From assembly GCA_031263485.1 (NCBI GenBank), contig JAISFS010000131.1:1626-65625 (forward strand): 64,000 nt of DNA, in the 5' to 3' direction. The notes beneath the pieces were generated by a model. The model worked only from the letters and a program-made list of their open reading frames with translations. It made no database searches and was not told the origin of the DNA. Below are positions 37,697 to 47,641 of this stretch, piece by piece (the stretch's first letter is position 1; every line of letters begins with the position of its first letter). The stretch comes from Deltaproteobacteria bacterium (GTDB lineage: Bacteria > Desulfobacterota > Desulfarculia > Adiutricales > Adiutricaceae). A program made the position numbers and the translations under genes.

Positions 37697-39367
37697 ATGG
37701 CAGATGTTATCGAAAGCAGGGTGCCTAAACTCCTTATCGGTCATCAAAGTTTTGTTAGATTCATGAAAGGAAAAGCCGCTTTCGTGGACAAGACTGAGAT
37801 TATCAGCGAGTTGATAAGCGAAAGGGGATGGACGTATTTCCTCTCGAGACCGAGACGCTTTGGGAAAACCCTATTGCTCAACACGATCAAGTGTATATTC
37901 GAGGGGAAAAAGGAGCTTTTCAAGGATCTTGACATTGTAAAAAATGATCTCTGGCCAGTCTGGGAGCCTCTTCCGGTGATTTCGCTCAGTTTCAACAAGT
38001 ACCCGAAGAATCCGGAATCGATGAGGAAAAGGCTGATAATGGAGCTGAACAAAATAATAAGAAATAATGAGCTTCCGATGCGCGAAGTGACAGAGGTATC
38101 GGATATCGCTCTGATAATCGAAAGCCTTTCAGAACGTCAGGCCATGAAAAGCAGAGCCGCTGGAGTTGGGCTGAACTATGGCGATGAAGATGGCCATATC
38201 GATGACGATGATCCGAATAACGTTGTCCTGCTTGTCGATGAGTACGATTATCCGTTGCTCATCAATCTCGCCAATGACAAGGGAGTTGACGAGATCGGGA
38301 ATTTACTCCACGAATTCTACAGCGCTATCAAGAGTTGTTACGAAATGCTGCGTTTTACCCTGATTACAGGGATTACAAAGTTCAGGCAGCTGTCATTGTT
38401 TTCCGGGTTGAACAACATACAGGACATCACGCTCGATGCCAAATATTCTGCTATATGCGGTTTTTCAAAAGATGATATTTCGCGGCACTTTGGCTATCAT
38501 ATTTCCGAAACCCTGAAATCGATGAAGGAAAATAAGTTTTTAGGCACGGATTCCACCGATGAAACCCTCATGACAATGATTACAGAATGGTACGACGGCT
38601 ACAGCTGGGACGGTATACACCGGGTACTTAATCCATACTCAGTGGCAAGGTTGTTCAATGGTCATGAGTTCGATTACTATTGGTACCTGTCAGGAGCCCC
38701 GCTTTTTGTCGTTCTGCTTACACTGAAAAGCGATGCCTATTTCAAGATATTTTCAAAGAGTTTTAGGATCGGAGACAAGCTTCCGCTGATGGACGTGCAT
38801 AACATCGAGGACGAGGCAGCTCTCTTCCAGGCGGGATACCTGACTGTTGACACGATAGACGAGTCCGTCATGCCACACCAGCGTATCCTCAAGGTGCCAA
38901 ACACGGAAATCGGCTATGCCATTGTCCAGGAATTCGTCAATAGGCGCGGTATCTTGAATATCTCGTCTGAAACCATCAATTCAAAGTATGGCGCGTTCGT
39001 TGATGCCTTCGACTCTCACAACGAGAACGACTGTTCAAGCCTATTCTCTTCATGCATTGCGGAAATCGCATCATCACCTCACTTCCATGCCGAACTGGCG
39101 CCCCAGGTGATGATGTATACCCTGCTCAATATCAAAGGTCCCCGGGCGAGAATGGAGCAGATCGTAGGTAACGGAAGAATCGATCTGATATACACATCGC
39201 CCGGCAAAGATGTCACCGTAGTCGAGATCAAATATGGAAAACCAAAGAAGACGATCACTCCCGAAAAGAAACAAGAGCTACTCGATAAAGCCGTTTCCAA
39301 TGGTTTCGATCAATCACAGAACAAGCGTTACGCCCTCTCATTTTTCATAAACTCCCATAACGTATAA
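37697..39367 (+). CDS. AAA-ATPase-like + PD-(D/E)XK fusion, paralog 2, ended by an in-frame TAA (possible pseudogene or readthrough)
   Basis: ATG 37697 follows GAGGA; ATG 37670 is an alternative. Motifs: FVDKT, RPRRFGKTLLLNT, VLLVDEYD, ITGITKFRQLSLFSGLNNI, WYDGYSWDG, IDLIY...VVEIKY. The 31 codons after the TAA (39368-39460) continue the family's conserved C-terminus. Confidence 0.8.
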   Translation: MADVIESRVPKLLIGHQSFVRFMKGKAAFVDKTEIISELISERGWTYFLSRPRRFGKTLLLNTIKCIFEGKKELFKDLDIVKNDLWPVWEPLPVISLSFNKYPKNPESMRKRLIMELNKIIRNNELPMREVTEVSDIALIIESLSERQAMKSRAAGVGLNYGDEDGHIDDDDPNNVVLLVDEYDYPLLINLANDKGVDEIGNLLHEFYSAIKSCYEMLRFTLITGITKFRQLSLFSGLNNIQDITLDAKYSAICGFSKDDISRHFGYHISETLKSMKENKFLGTDSTDETLMTMITEWYDGYSWDGIHRVLNPYSVARLFNGHEFDYYWYLSGAPLFVVLLTLKSDAYFKIFSKSFRIGDKLPLMDVHNIEDEAALFQAGYLTVDTIDESVMPHQRILKVPNTEIGYAIVQEFVNRRGILNISSETINSKYGAFVDAFDSHNENDCSSLFSSCIAEIASSPHFHAELAPQVMMYTLLNIKGPRARMEQIVGNGRIDLIYTSPGKDVTVVEIKYGKPKKTITPEKKQELLDKAVSNGFDQSQNKRYALSFFINSHNV

Positions 39368-39750
39368 GTCTCGGCAGTCGGCGTATACGGATCGACCGAT
39401 GCGAAGTTCCGTTTTAAGCAGAAAGCATATGTCGACGGGATAATCATCGATATGCCACAGTAGTTGCGTGCCAGTCCGCATAATGTCCCGGAAATCTGCG
39501 ATTCCGATTCCTGATCGCTTCCTGAAACGGGTGCCGCCCGTCCCTTTACAGCCATGAGTAGCCAGCCGCCATTCAGACTTTCGATATCCGGGGAGAGCCT
39601 GGATGCCATCTCATACCGAACGAATCAACGCGTGTTGTGGGAATGCCTGACAAGCACCTCATACCGCCGTGCGTCTTTCCCCGGACCCGCAAGCCGGTGT
39701 TCCCACGAATCGGCAAACTTGCCCATGAAACGGCCATAATCCTGAATAAG

Positions 39751-39925
39751 GATTCCACTGCAAAAACCCTCCCCCTCGACAGAGAGGCGGAACGCTTTGT
39801 GGCCATAGCATTGGCACCCTTGCGCTCAAGCCATTAACCACCACCATTCTGGCGCATCCATTACCCAGCATTCTGTCCTCAAATATCAACCTGGAGGTGA
39901 GGGTGTGGGTTTTTGCAGTGGAATC
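39751..39925 (+). mobile_element. MITE-like element, copy 2
   Basis: 175 bp. The terminal inverted repeats are perfect over the first 19 bp (GATTCCACTGCAAAAACCC) and extend imperfectly to about 27 bp. It is flanked by a perfect 6-bp direct repeat AATAAG (39745-39750 and 39926-39931). Confidence 0.8.
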
Positions 39926-40366
39926 AATAAGGCCGTAATTTGCCTTGGTCCGTCAGAGTCAGCCAGAGTTAGCCAGAGTCAGCCAGGAGTCGGAAACTCC
40001 ACGATAAAGCAGACGTACCTGCTTCCTTCCACCTTAGTTAATCAGGCTCTCTGGCGAAGCGACAGCAGCACCTTCCCGCGGACAAAACATTATACATGCA
40101 ATAGGTGCCATAAGTACCATATACAGCATAATGATATAAGTTGCATCTACCATATAGGCTTTAATTTGTTCATTGGTCCCACAGTCACCGAACCGGACAA
40201 GAATTGACAAAAATGAATTCGGCATGTATCATTCATTATGGCTACGGATGATCAACTGCCTTTAATCATCAACAGAACCGATATGCTCCAGTCTAACGTG
40301 AAGCCGTAGCAACCCGAATTCGCTCGGTTCTATGTTTCCTGCATCGCGGACAGTTTTCCGCCATAT

Positions 40367-42373
40367 ATGTCGGTCGGAATTCCATTCTGTAATCATCCGG
40401 CAATACAGGGGTCCACGGATACGGATATGGAAGATACTTTCCTGATCACCCAGATACCCGTAGATTCTCTCGAAAAATTATTCGATCTGGGTGGGGTGTA
40501 TGTCGACAAAACAGGCTATCTCCTTGAACTGGTCAAATCCTATGGCCCATTTTTCCTCTCCAGGCCCAGGAGATTCGGGAAAAGTCTTCTCCTTGACACG
40601 ATTAGGCAGATATTCGAAGGAAGGAAGGATCTTTTTTCCGGACTGAAGATAGACGAGCTTGCTCCGAATTACAGCTGGGAAACTTTTCCCGTGATCCAGA
40701 TCAATATGAACGACACGGACTCTGATCCAGAAAAATTCAACGCGTCCCTGTTGTTTTTGCTAGAGTTAATCGCTCAATCGTATGATTTGAAACTTAATCG
40801 GGATAGTGTCGTTTCCGCCATAACCGGCTTGATTACTCATCTCTCCATGAAATTCCAGACAACGAAAACAGGCGTCGATGGGAGGATTATCGCTGACAAA
40901 TCAAAAGTCGTGCTGCTCATCGACGAGTATGATTTTCCTTTGCTGAAACACCTTCATGCTCCTGAAAAGATCGAGAAAATAAGGCTGATGCTTTACGATT
41001 TTTATTCAGCGGTCAAAGGATGCAGCAGTTTATTACGCTTTGTTTTCATAACGGGAATCACCAAATTTAAGCAATTATCCCTTTTTTCAGCGTTAAATAA
41101 CATAGTTGATATCTCGTTTTCAGAAAAATTTTCTAGGATTTGCGGATTTACTAAAGATGAAATAGAGTTGTCATACGGTAAATATCTTGAAAAGATTGTT
41201 TCTGACAAGATCGATAATGGCGAGATGCCTGCGTGTTCGAAAACTAAAGATCTGATGGATAAAATCAAGGAATGGTATGACGGGTACAGCTGGGACGGCA
41301 AAACCAAGGTTTACAACCCGTTTTCCATAAAGTATTTCTTTGGAACCCAGAAATACCGCAACTACTGGTATGGCTCCGGAACTCCGCTATTTTCCACTAT
41401 CCTCGATTCTTTCGATGGAACAAGTTTCACTTTGTTCGGGACAAACATTTCCTTGAAATCCCCTCTCGAGATTCAGGACACCGACAGGATCAACAGTGAG
41501 GCGTTCCTTTTACATGCAGGATATCTGACCGTCGACAGTATCCTTGAAGAGGAAGGTTGCGATACATATCGCCTTAAGATACCCAACAACGAGATCAAGA
41601 ACGCGATTAACTTGGAACTTTCCGCCAAGTTTCAATCGTTTGTGGCCAGTCTTGAGTTCATGAAAAACACAAAGGATCCCCTGAAGGAATTCACAAGCAT
41701 GAAAGACCGGCTGTTGTCTGCGCTATGGTCCTGCGATATCAGGCAGTCAGAAAGGCTTCTTGGCTCTATCTTCTCCGGTATCCCAAGGGAATGGTATCGC
41801 AACGGCGGCGAAGGCAACTACAAGTTGATTTTGCTGACGCTTATGAGATTCGGCGGCGCGGTATTCACCGGCAACATGCTGGAGGCATTGGGCGAAACGT
41901 TCTCGGATGCAGGAAGATCCGATCTCCTCTTCGATGTTTCAGGAAACGGCTATATCGTCATAGAACTGAAATACGTGAAAGCCCTTGACAAGGATGGAAA
42001 AACGGACGGCCAAGGAGTGCATACGACTGATCAGTATGTACCGGTAGGTACGGACTCCCCTGACGAAGGACGCCAGCCCGTCTCCTTAAGCGGTTTCACA
42101 CGACTCCTTAAATATGGCAAGGTGTCGGATCTGGTCAAGCGCAAACTTGAAAATATGGTCGACGAGGCTTTCCGACAGATATTGGATAAGGATTACGCGA
42201 AACAGTTCCTCGTTTCAGAAATGGCGGTCCGCGCGGTCGCCATTGCGATTTACGACACGTCCACGGTTATGGTGCGTTTCGCTGAAGTCGTCTGGGACGC
42301 TGATGAGGAGGGAGAGTTGGACTTCAGGAAAATTCCTGTACCCTCGCAGAATGACCAGCGCCACGACCCATGA
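40367..42373 (+). CDS. AAA-ATPase-like + PD-(D/E)XK fusion, paralog 3
   Basis: Motifs: VYVDKT, RPRRFGKSLLLDT, VLLIDEYD, ITGITKFKQLSLFSALNNI, WYDGYSWDG, SDLLF...IVIELKY. ATG 40427 is an alternative start. Confidence 0.85.
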   Translation: MSVGIPFCNHPAIQGSTDTDMEDTFLITQIPVDSLEKLFDLGGVYVDKTGYLLELVKSYGPFFLSRPRRFGKSLLLDTIRQIFEGRKDLFSGLKIDELAPNYSWETFPVIQINMNDTDSDPEKFNASLLFLLELIAQSYDLKLNRDSVVSAITGLITHLSMKFQTTKTGVDGRIIADKSKVVLLIDEYDFPLLKHLHAPEKIEKIRLMLYDFYSAVKGCSSLLRFVFITGITKFKQLSLFSALNNIVDISFSEKFSRICGFTKDEIELSYGKYLEKIVSDKIDNGEMPACSKTKDLMDKIKEWYDGYSWDGKTKVYNPFSIKYFFGTQKYRNYWYGSGTPLFSTILDSFDGTSFTLFGTNISLKSPLEIQDTDRINSEAFLLHAGYLTVDSILEEEGCDTYRLKIPNNEIKNAINLELSAKFQSFVASLEFMKNTKDPLKEFTSMKDRLLSALWSCDIRQSERLLGSIFSGIPREWYRNGGEGNYKLILLTLMRFGGAVFTGNMLEALGETFSDAGRSDLLFDVSGNGYIVIELKYVKALDKDGKTDGQGVHTTDQYVPVGTDSPDEGRQPVSLSGFTRLLKYGKVSDLVKRKLENMVDEAFRQILDKDYAKQFLVSEMAVRAVAIAIYDTSTVMVRFAEVVWDADEEGELDFRKIPVPSQNDQRHDP

Positions 42374-42485
42374 ACTCGTCTCAGGTCTCGGAGCCTTACC
42401 CCGTCAGCTTTCCGCGTCATATGTGCCCCGCTGCGGGGGAATCATCCCATAGAGGCCGAGGCGACGCATCTGACCCGATACGGTT

Positions 42486-42535
42486 GGAAAGGCGAAAACG
42501 ACACGAATCCGGAAAGGCGAAAACGACACGAATCG
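42486..42535. repeat. 25-bp tandem duplication GGAAAGGCGAAAACGACACGAATC
   Basis: Read directly; two adjacent units. Confidence 0.85.
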
Positions 42536-42739
42536 TGCCCGCGTTCGCTGAAGGCACCTGGAGGCAAGGTATCGCCTAACGTTGTCTGTGCCAGCATCGC
42601 ACTTTTCGCCGGAACCGGCGGGTGCCCGATGTCTCCGCGGCGGTTATCCGGTTAATATCGCCGGATACGATGTAACAATCGCCGAATCTTATCTTGAGTC
42701 TCAGATCCAACGTCTTCAGACGGGTTGACCAGAGCGCGC

Positions 42740-42768
42740 CTTGACAGCCGCCTACGTGACGGTTATGA
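42740..42768 (+). promoter_or_regulatory. Sigma70-like promoter TTGACA-N17-TATGAT
   Basis: Near-consensus hexamers 116 nt upstream of GTG 42884. Confidence 0.55.
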
Positions 42769-42883
42769 TGCCGGATATCCTTGAATGCTACGGATTGCCG
42801 TACCGACAGTCATGGACTTGCCGGGTTTGCGGAACCGGCGAAGGGCTGATCGCCGGCGCGTGTTTCAGGGGCAGGAGGATGCT

Positions 42884-43222
42884 GTGACTACTGAAGAGAT
42901 CGTGATTGATTTCGACTCCGTTACGGCGGACAGCCTCAGGGATCTCGTCAAAGGCAAGAAGAGTTTCGTGGTGAGAGTCAACGAGGGTGAGCTGACGCGG
43001 GCCTCGGCCAGGATCGAGGAGGCGTGCGGCGACTGCCAGCTAAGAGCCTGGGTCTTCACCGAGGGGAGGCTCGGCGCGGCCGCGTCTGGCCTGTGGTTCG
43101 CGCCCAATTTCCTGGGCGCCATGGTGGGGAGAGCGGTCAGCAACGTCGTAGATCAGGACCCTGACTACGAGATCGCCAGAAACGTGTCCGCCGGCACCGT
43201 CACGGTCACTTATCTGCGGTGA
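42884..43222 (+). CDS. Small hypothetical protein (112 aa)
   Basis: GTG lies 5 nt after AGGAGG, with a strong promoter upstream. I recognise no motif. Confidence 0.55.
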   Translation: MTTEEIVIDFDSVTADSLRDLVKGKKSFVVRVNEGELTRASARIEEACGDCQLRAWVFTEGRLGAAASGLWFAPNFLGAMVGRAVSNVVDQDPDYEIARNVSAGTVTVTYLR

Positions 43223-43967
43223 TGCCGGGCATGCCTGAAACCGCTCGTGAACGGGAGGTGTCCCGGGCGAAGGAGGCGGTACCGCTGGCGGGGGCCAATC
43301 CTCTTCAAGACGTTGCCCTTTCCGGGCCAGGAACTTATTCTGAGCCTGCGAAGGCTTGTGGAGTGCGGGTGCTTCAAAGCCGTTCTGAGGACCCGCCCGC
43401 TCGGTTCCGCCGGTGACCCGATGTCAGGGCGGCTCCCCTCCCGGCGCCGGAATGACGTCCCGTCGTGCAAGAATGGCCCCGATGCGGTGGCGCGGCATGA
43501 TTTCAGTATCCCCGCCCCATAAGCCTTGCCGTCTCTCCGCTCACAGTTTCTCCCTGCCTTCTGCGCCCCTCGCCCGCCGTTGCGTGATCCCGTTTCAGGG
43601 TTTCGCACCCGTCCGGTCCGTTCCTCCTCTCATCGGCCTACCGCGATGTCATGTCCCGTTGCGAGATCCATCCCCACCCATTCCCATAAGCCCGTCCCGT
43701 TGCCTCGCCCGCCCGTAATACCTCCCTCCGGCAGACCCTGCCGCTAGCCGTTCCTGCCCCTCAAGCCCCTCCCACCGCAGACCAGACCGCTCGCGGTTCC
43801 GGCCACCCGCCGTCCCTCCACCCCGAAGCCCCGGCGGATGCCGTTGCGCCTTCACGCGGTCCCGCCCGCCAGAAATCCGTCCTTCCGCTGTCCCCGCCGC
43901 AGTCCTTCCTGTCCGCCGGTACCCCCGACTTCCTCCCCCCGTTAGCCTAATGAGGCTCAAAAGGATA

Positions 43968-43997
43968 TTGACAGGGCTAAGGCCTTTGGTCTATACT
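43968..43997 (+). promoter_or_regulatory. Sigma70-like promoter TTGACA-N18-TATACT
   Basis: Hexamer match about 355 nt upstream of the UPF0210 start. Confidence 0.45.
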
Positions 43998-44352
43998 TTT
44001 TTGATCTTTCAGCGGGCTTCCCCTCGGACGCAATCCCGTTGGCGGGCGTTGGCCCGCAGGTCTCCCTCCCCGTCCTGCGGGCCCCGCTCCCGAATCCTCC
44101 CGTCGCCCAGTCCCGAGCCCGCCCAGCGGTGCCACGCCCGCCCCAGACCCTTTCCGGAGGCCGCCTGGACGCCGGGCCTTTCTTTTCCGCAGCCCGTTGG
44201 CCGCCCGTCGCCCGGTCACCTTGCCGCGACCCCCCGGTCGCGCCTGCGTTCACCATGGCTCCACGCCTTATAGACGCGGAGACCGATTTTTCACCCGACG
44301 GCTGGAAGGAGCCTTTTTTTTTGCCCCGACACTCTGCCTCTCGGAGGCCCGC

Positions 44353-45726
44353 ATGCTGACCGACAGGGAAGTCGCCGCCACACTGGAGATGCTCAAGAAC
44401 GAGCACCTGGACGTGAGGGCCGTCACCCTGGGGCTCTCCCTCATGGACTGCGTCTCTGACGACGTCTCGCGGCTCACCGCGCGGGTGCTGGCCAAGATCG
44501 ACCGCGTGGCGGGGGGGCTGGTCGCCGCCTGCGAGCGGGTTTCAGCCAAGTACGGCATCCCGGTGGTGAACAGGCGCATCGCGGTCTCCCCGGTCTCCCA
44601 GCTCGCGGGTCCCTTCGACTCGGACGGGGCGGTCAGGATCGCCAAGGCTTTGGACCGGGCCGCGGCCGACTGCGGGGTGGACTTCGTGGGAGGCTACGGC
44701 GCCTTGGTCGAGAAGGGCTTCGCCAAGGGGGACGAGACCCTCATCGCGAGCATCCCCCGGGCCCTGGCCGAGACCTCCAGGGTCTGCTCCTCGGTGAACG
44801 TCGCCTCCAGCCGGGTCGGCATCAACATGGACGCCGTGGCCGCGATGGGCAGGATCGTCAAGGAGACCGCCGAGCTCACCGCCGACCGGGACGGGCTGGG
44901 TTGCGCCAAGCTCGTGGTCTTCGCCAACATCCCCCCGGACATGCCTTTCATGGCGGGAGCCTATTCTGGCGCGGGCGAGCCCGACGCCGTGATAAACGTC
45001 GGCGTCTCCGGGCCAGGGGTGGTCAAGAAGGCGGTCGACCGCGCCTTCCGGGACGGGGCGAGGCCCAGCCTGGGCGAGCTCTCGGAGACGGTCAAGCGAA
45101 CCGCCTACAAGGTCACCCGGGCCGGCGAGATCCTGGGTCGCGAGGTGGCGGCAACGCTGGGACTCCCGTTCGGGGTGGTGGACCTCTCGCTCGCCCCCTC
45201 TCCCCAGGTGGGGGACTCCGTGGGCGAGATCTTCCGTTCCTTCGGACTGGACTCCGTGGGGGCGCCGGGATCCACGGCGCTTCTGGCCCTCATAAACGAT
45301 GCCGTCAAAAAGGGCGGGGCATTCGCCTCCAGCCACGTCGGGGGGCTTTCCGGGGCCTTCATCCCCGTTTCCGAGGACTTGGCCATCGCCGAGGCCGCAC
45401 GGGCCGGGGATCTCACCCTGGAGAAGCTCGAGGCAATGACCTCGGTCTGCTCAGTCGGCCTGGACATGGTGCCCATCCCGGGCGACACCTCCGCCGCCAC
45501 CGTCTCCGCCCTCATCGCGGACGAGATGGCCATTGGCGTCGTGAATCACAAGACCACGGCCTGCCGACTCATTCCCGTGCCGGGCAAGCGGGCGGGTGAC
45601 CCGGTGAGCTACGGTGGGCTGCTGGGGAGCGCGGCCGTAATGGCGGTGCGCGATTTGCCCGGGGCGCAGGCGTTCATCGGGCTGGGTGGCCGCGTTCCGG
45701 CCCCGATCCACAGTCTCAGGAATTGA
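44353..45726 (+). CDS. UPF0210 / DUF711 family protein
   Basis: ATG follows GGAGG. The N-terminus MLTDREV..TLEMLKNEHLDVRAVTLGLSL.DC and the overall length (457 aa) fit UPF0210 as I remember it. Confidence 0.8.
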   Translation: MLTDREVAATLEMLKNEHLDVRAVTLGLSLMDCVSDDVSRLTARVLAKIDRVAGGLVAACERVSAKYGIPVVNRRIAVSPVSQLAGPFDSDGAVRIAKALDRAAADCGVDFVGGYGALVEKGFAKGDETLIASIPRALAETSRVCSSVNVASSRVGINMDAVAAMGRIVKETAELTADRDGLGCAKLVVFANIPPDMPFMAGAYSGAGEPDAVINVGVSGPGVVKKAVDRAFRDGARPSLGELSETVKRTAYKVTRAGEILGREVAATLGLPFGVVDLSLAPSPQVGDSVGEIFRSFGLDSVGAPGSTALLALINDAVKKGGAFASSHVGGLSGAFIPVSEDLAIAEAARAGDLTLEKLEAMTSVCSVGLDMVPIPGDTSAATVSALIADEMAIGVVNHKTTACRLIPVPGKRAGDPVSYGGLLGSAAVMAVRDLPGAQAFIGLGGRVPAPIHSLRN

Positions 45727-46293
45727 GCGCGGGCGCGCGGGGCGCGGACAAGCTGCCGCCAGACGGTCACGGCGCCGCGCATCGACGTCCATAAGGTGAG
45801 GGAGGGGCAAGGCGCGTCCCGAGGGGCAGACGCCGCACGGTCGCCCTTGGGGAAGGCACCCACATCGATGTTCTTTGAGGGAGAAGGGAGAGGGGACAAG
45901 GCGCGGCCTGCGGGGCAGGCGCACCGCGGTCGCCAGAAGGGCCACGACATAGCTGGAGGGGCAAGGCACAGCCGGAGGGTCAAGGCGCGGCCCGAGAGGC
46001 AAGTGGCATGGGGTATCCCAAAAGGCAAGTCGTGGCCGGAGGGACAAGGCGCCGCTCATCAGGGGGCCGGGAGCATGCGGTCGCCCGGGTACGCATGGGA
46101 CGCCGCCTGCGGGACAGCTGACACTTTGCTCCCTGGTCGCCGGGGATATCTGTTGCGGCGCGGACGGCCGGTCAAGCCGGCCGTAACGCGGCTTATGGCC
46201 TGCGGGCCGGGATTTCATGGGGCTCGGCCCGAGGGCCGGGCCCCGCAAGGGTGAGGCCCGGACGCGGGCCGGGCGCTTCACGGAGGACCAGAC

Positions 46294-47370
46294 ATGGATT
46301 TAGTCAGACCCAACGACGAGATCAGGGTGGGGGGGGAGATCGAGGCCCAGTGCACGAAGTGCGGGAGGCCCACCACCCACCGCATCGTCGACATGAAGAA
46401 GGAGGGGGTTCCCGGCAAGTGCGAGTGCCTCGCCTGCAAGAGCAAGCACATCTACCGGAAGCCAGTCGAGCCCGCCGCGGACGCCAGGTCTGAGCCTGCC
46501 AAGTTCAAGACCGTCACGCGCAAGAAGGCCCCGGTTTCCTGGCCTGCGGCGGAGGCCGCCCTCAAGGCCAAGGCTCCCGCCAAGGCCGCCGAGGCCCAGG
46601 TTGCGGAGCCCATGGGCCCCGAGGCCGCGGACGCCGCGCCCGAGGCGGCCCCCGTCAAGTTTCCGACCGCCAGGCCCCCGGTCGTCAGGCCCCCGGTCGC
46701 CAGGCCGGCCAAGCCCCCGAAGAAGGAGGCCAAGCCAGCGGCCGCAATCACCGAGGAGATGCTGGAGGACGTCGTGCAGGCGTTCGCAGAGGACGCGGAG
46801 TTCGCCGCGGACATGGCCGAGGAGGACGAGGACGACGACGACCTCTTCGCGGACATCCCGGATATCGGCGGGGAGGACGCCGATTCCGAGGACTCCGACT
46901 CCGAGGACGTTGCGGATCCCGAGATCATCTCTGACCCCTACGGCATGGAGGCCAGGTCCGCCGCCGACGACGTGGCCGCCAAGGCCGCCAAGGGCGCCAG
47001 GGCCGAGACCCTGAAGGCGACCGCCGCGAAGGGCAAGGCCAAGGAACCGGCGGCCAGGCCCGAAAGGAAGGAGGCCGCCAAGAAGCCCGCCAGGCCCCGC
47101 GCTGGCGCCAAGGCCGACAAGGGCAAAGGCCTTGAGGAGGCCGCGGCGCTCCTCAAGGAGTGGGAGGAGATGAGCGCCGCGCCCCAGTCCAAGGTGGTGG
47201 CCTATACCTTGGACGGTTCATACAGCGCGGGCCAGCACCTGGATCATCCCGCCTTCGGCCTGGGCATCGTGAGGGCCGTGATCCCCCCCAACAAGATCCG
47301 CGTGAACTTCAGGGTGGGCCTGAAGACCCTCATCATGATGGTCCCGCTCCGGGCCGAGCCCGCCAGCTGA
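46294..47370 (+). CDS. Zinc-ribbon protein with an acidic low-complexity linker and a small C-terminal beta domain
   Basis: CTKCG...CECLACKS ribbon, an Ala/Pro/Lys-rich then Asp/Glu-rich middle, and a C-terminal G.HLDHPAFGLGIV......KI.V.F motif. Confidence 0.7.
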   Translation: MDLVRPNDEIRVGGEIEAQCTKCGRPTTHRIVDMKKEGVPGKCECLACKSKHIYRKPVEPAADARSEPAKFKTVTRKKAPVSWPAAEAALKAKAPAKAAEAQVAEPMGPEAADAAPEAAPVKFPTARPPVVRPPVARPAKPPKKEAKPAAAITEEMLEDVVQAFAEDAEFAADMAEEDEDDDDLFADIPDIGGEDADSEDSDSEDVADPEIISDPYGMEARSAADDVAAKAAKGARAETLKATAAKGKAKEPAARPERKEAAKKPARPRAGAKADKGKGLEEAAALLKEWEEMSAAPQSKVVAYTLDGSYSAGQHLDHPAFGLGIVRAVIPPNKIRVNFRVGLKTLIMMVPLRAEPAS

Positions 47371-47641
47371 GCGGGCTAACATGCCTTTGCCCGCAGGCTG
47401 GAACGCGTCCGCCTGCGGGCCGTCGCGACTTGGCCCGAGGCGGCGGGGCGGTCCCGAAAGGCCGCGTTCCGGGACCTTCGGGCCTTGAAAGCCCGACGGC
47501 GAGGGCAGGGCCCCGTGACCTTGGCGGCCGCAGGCCCTGACTGTTCCGCGCCCGGACCGTGAAGGCGTCAGGCCCTTCAGGACACGGGCCGGGCCGTGCA
47601 GGGCGGGGGACCGCCAGGGCAGACAGGGGGGAGGCGGACGC

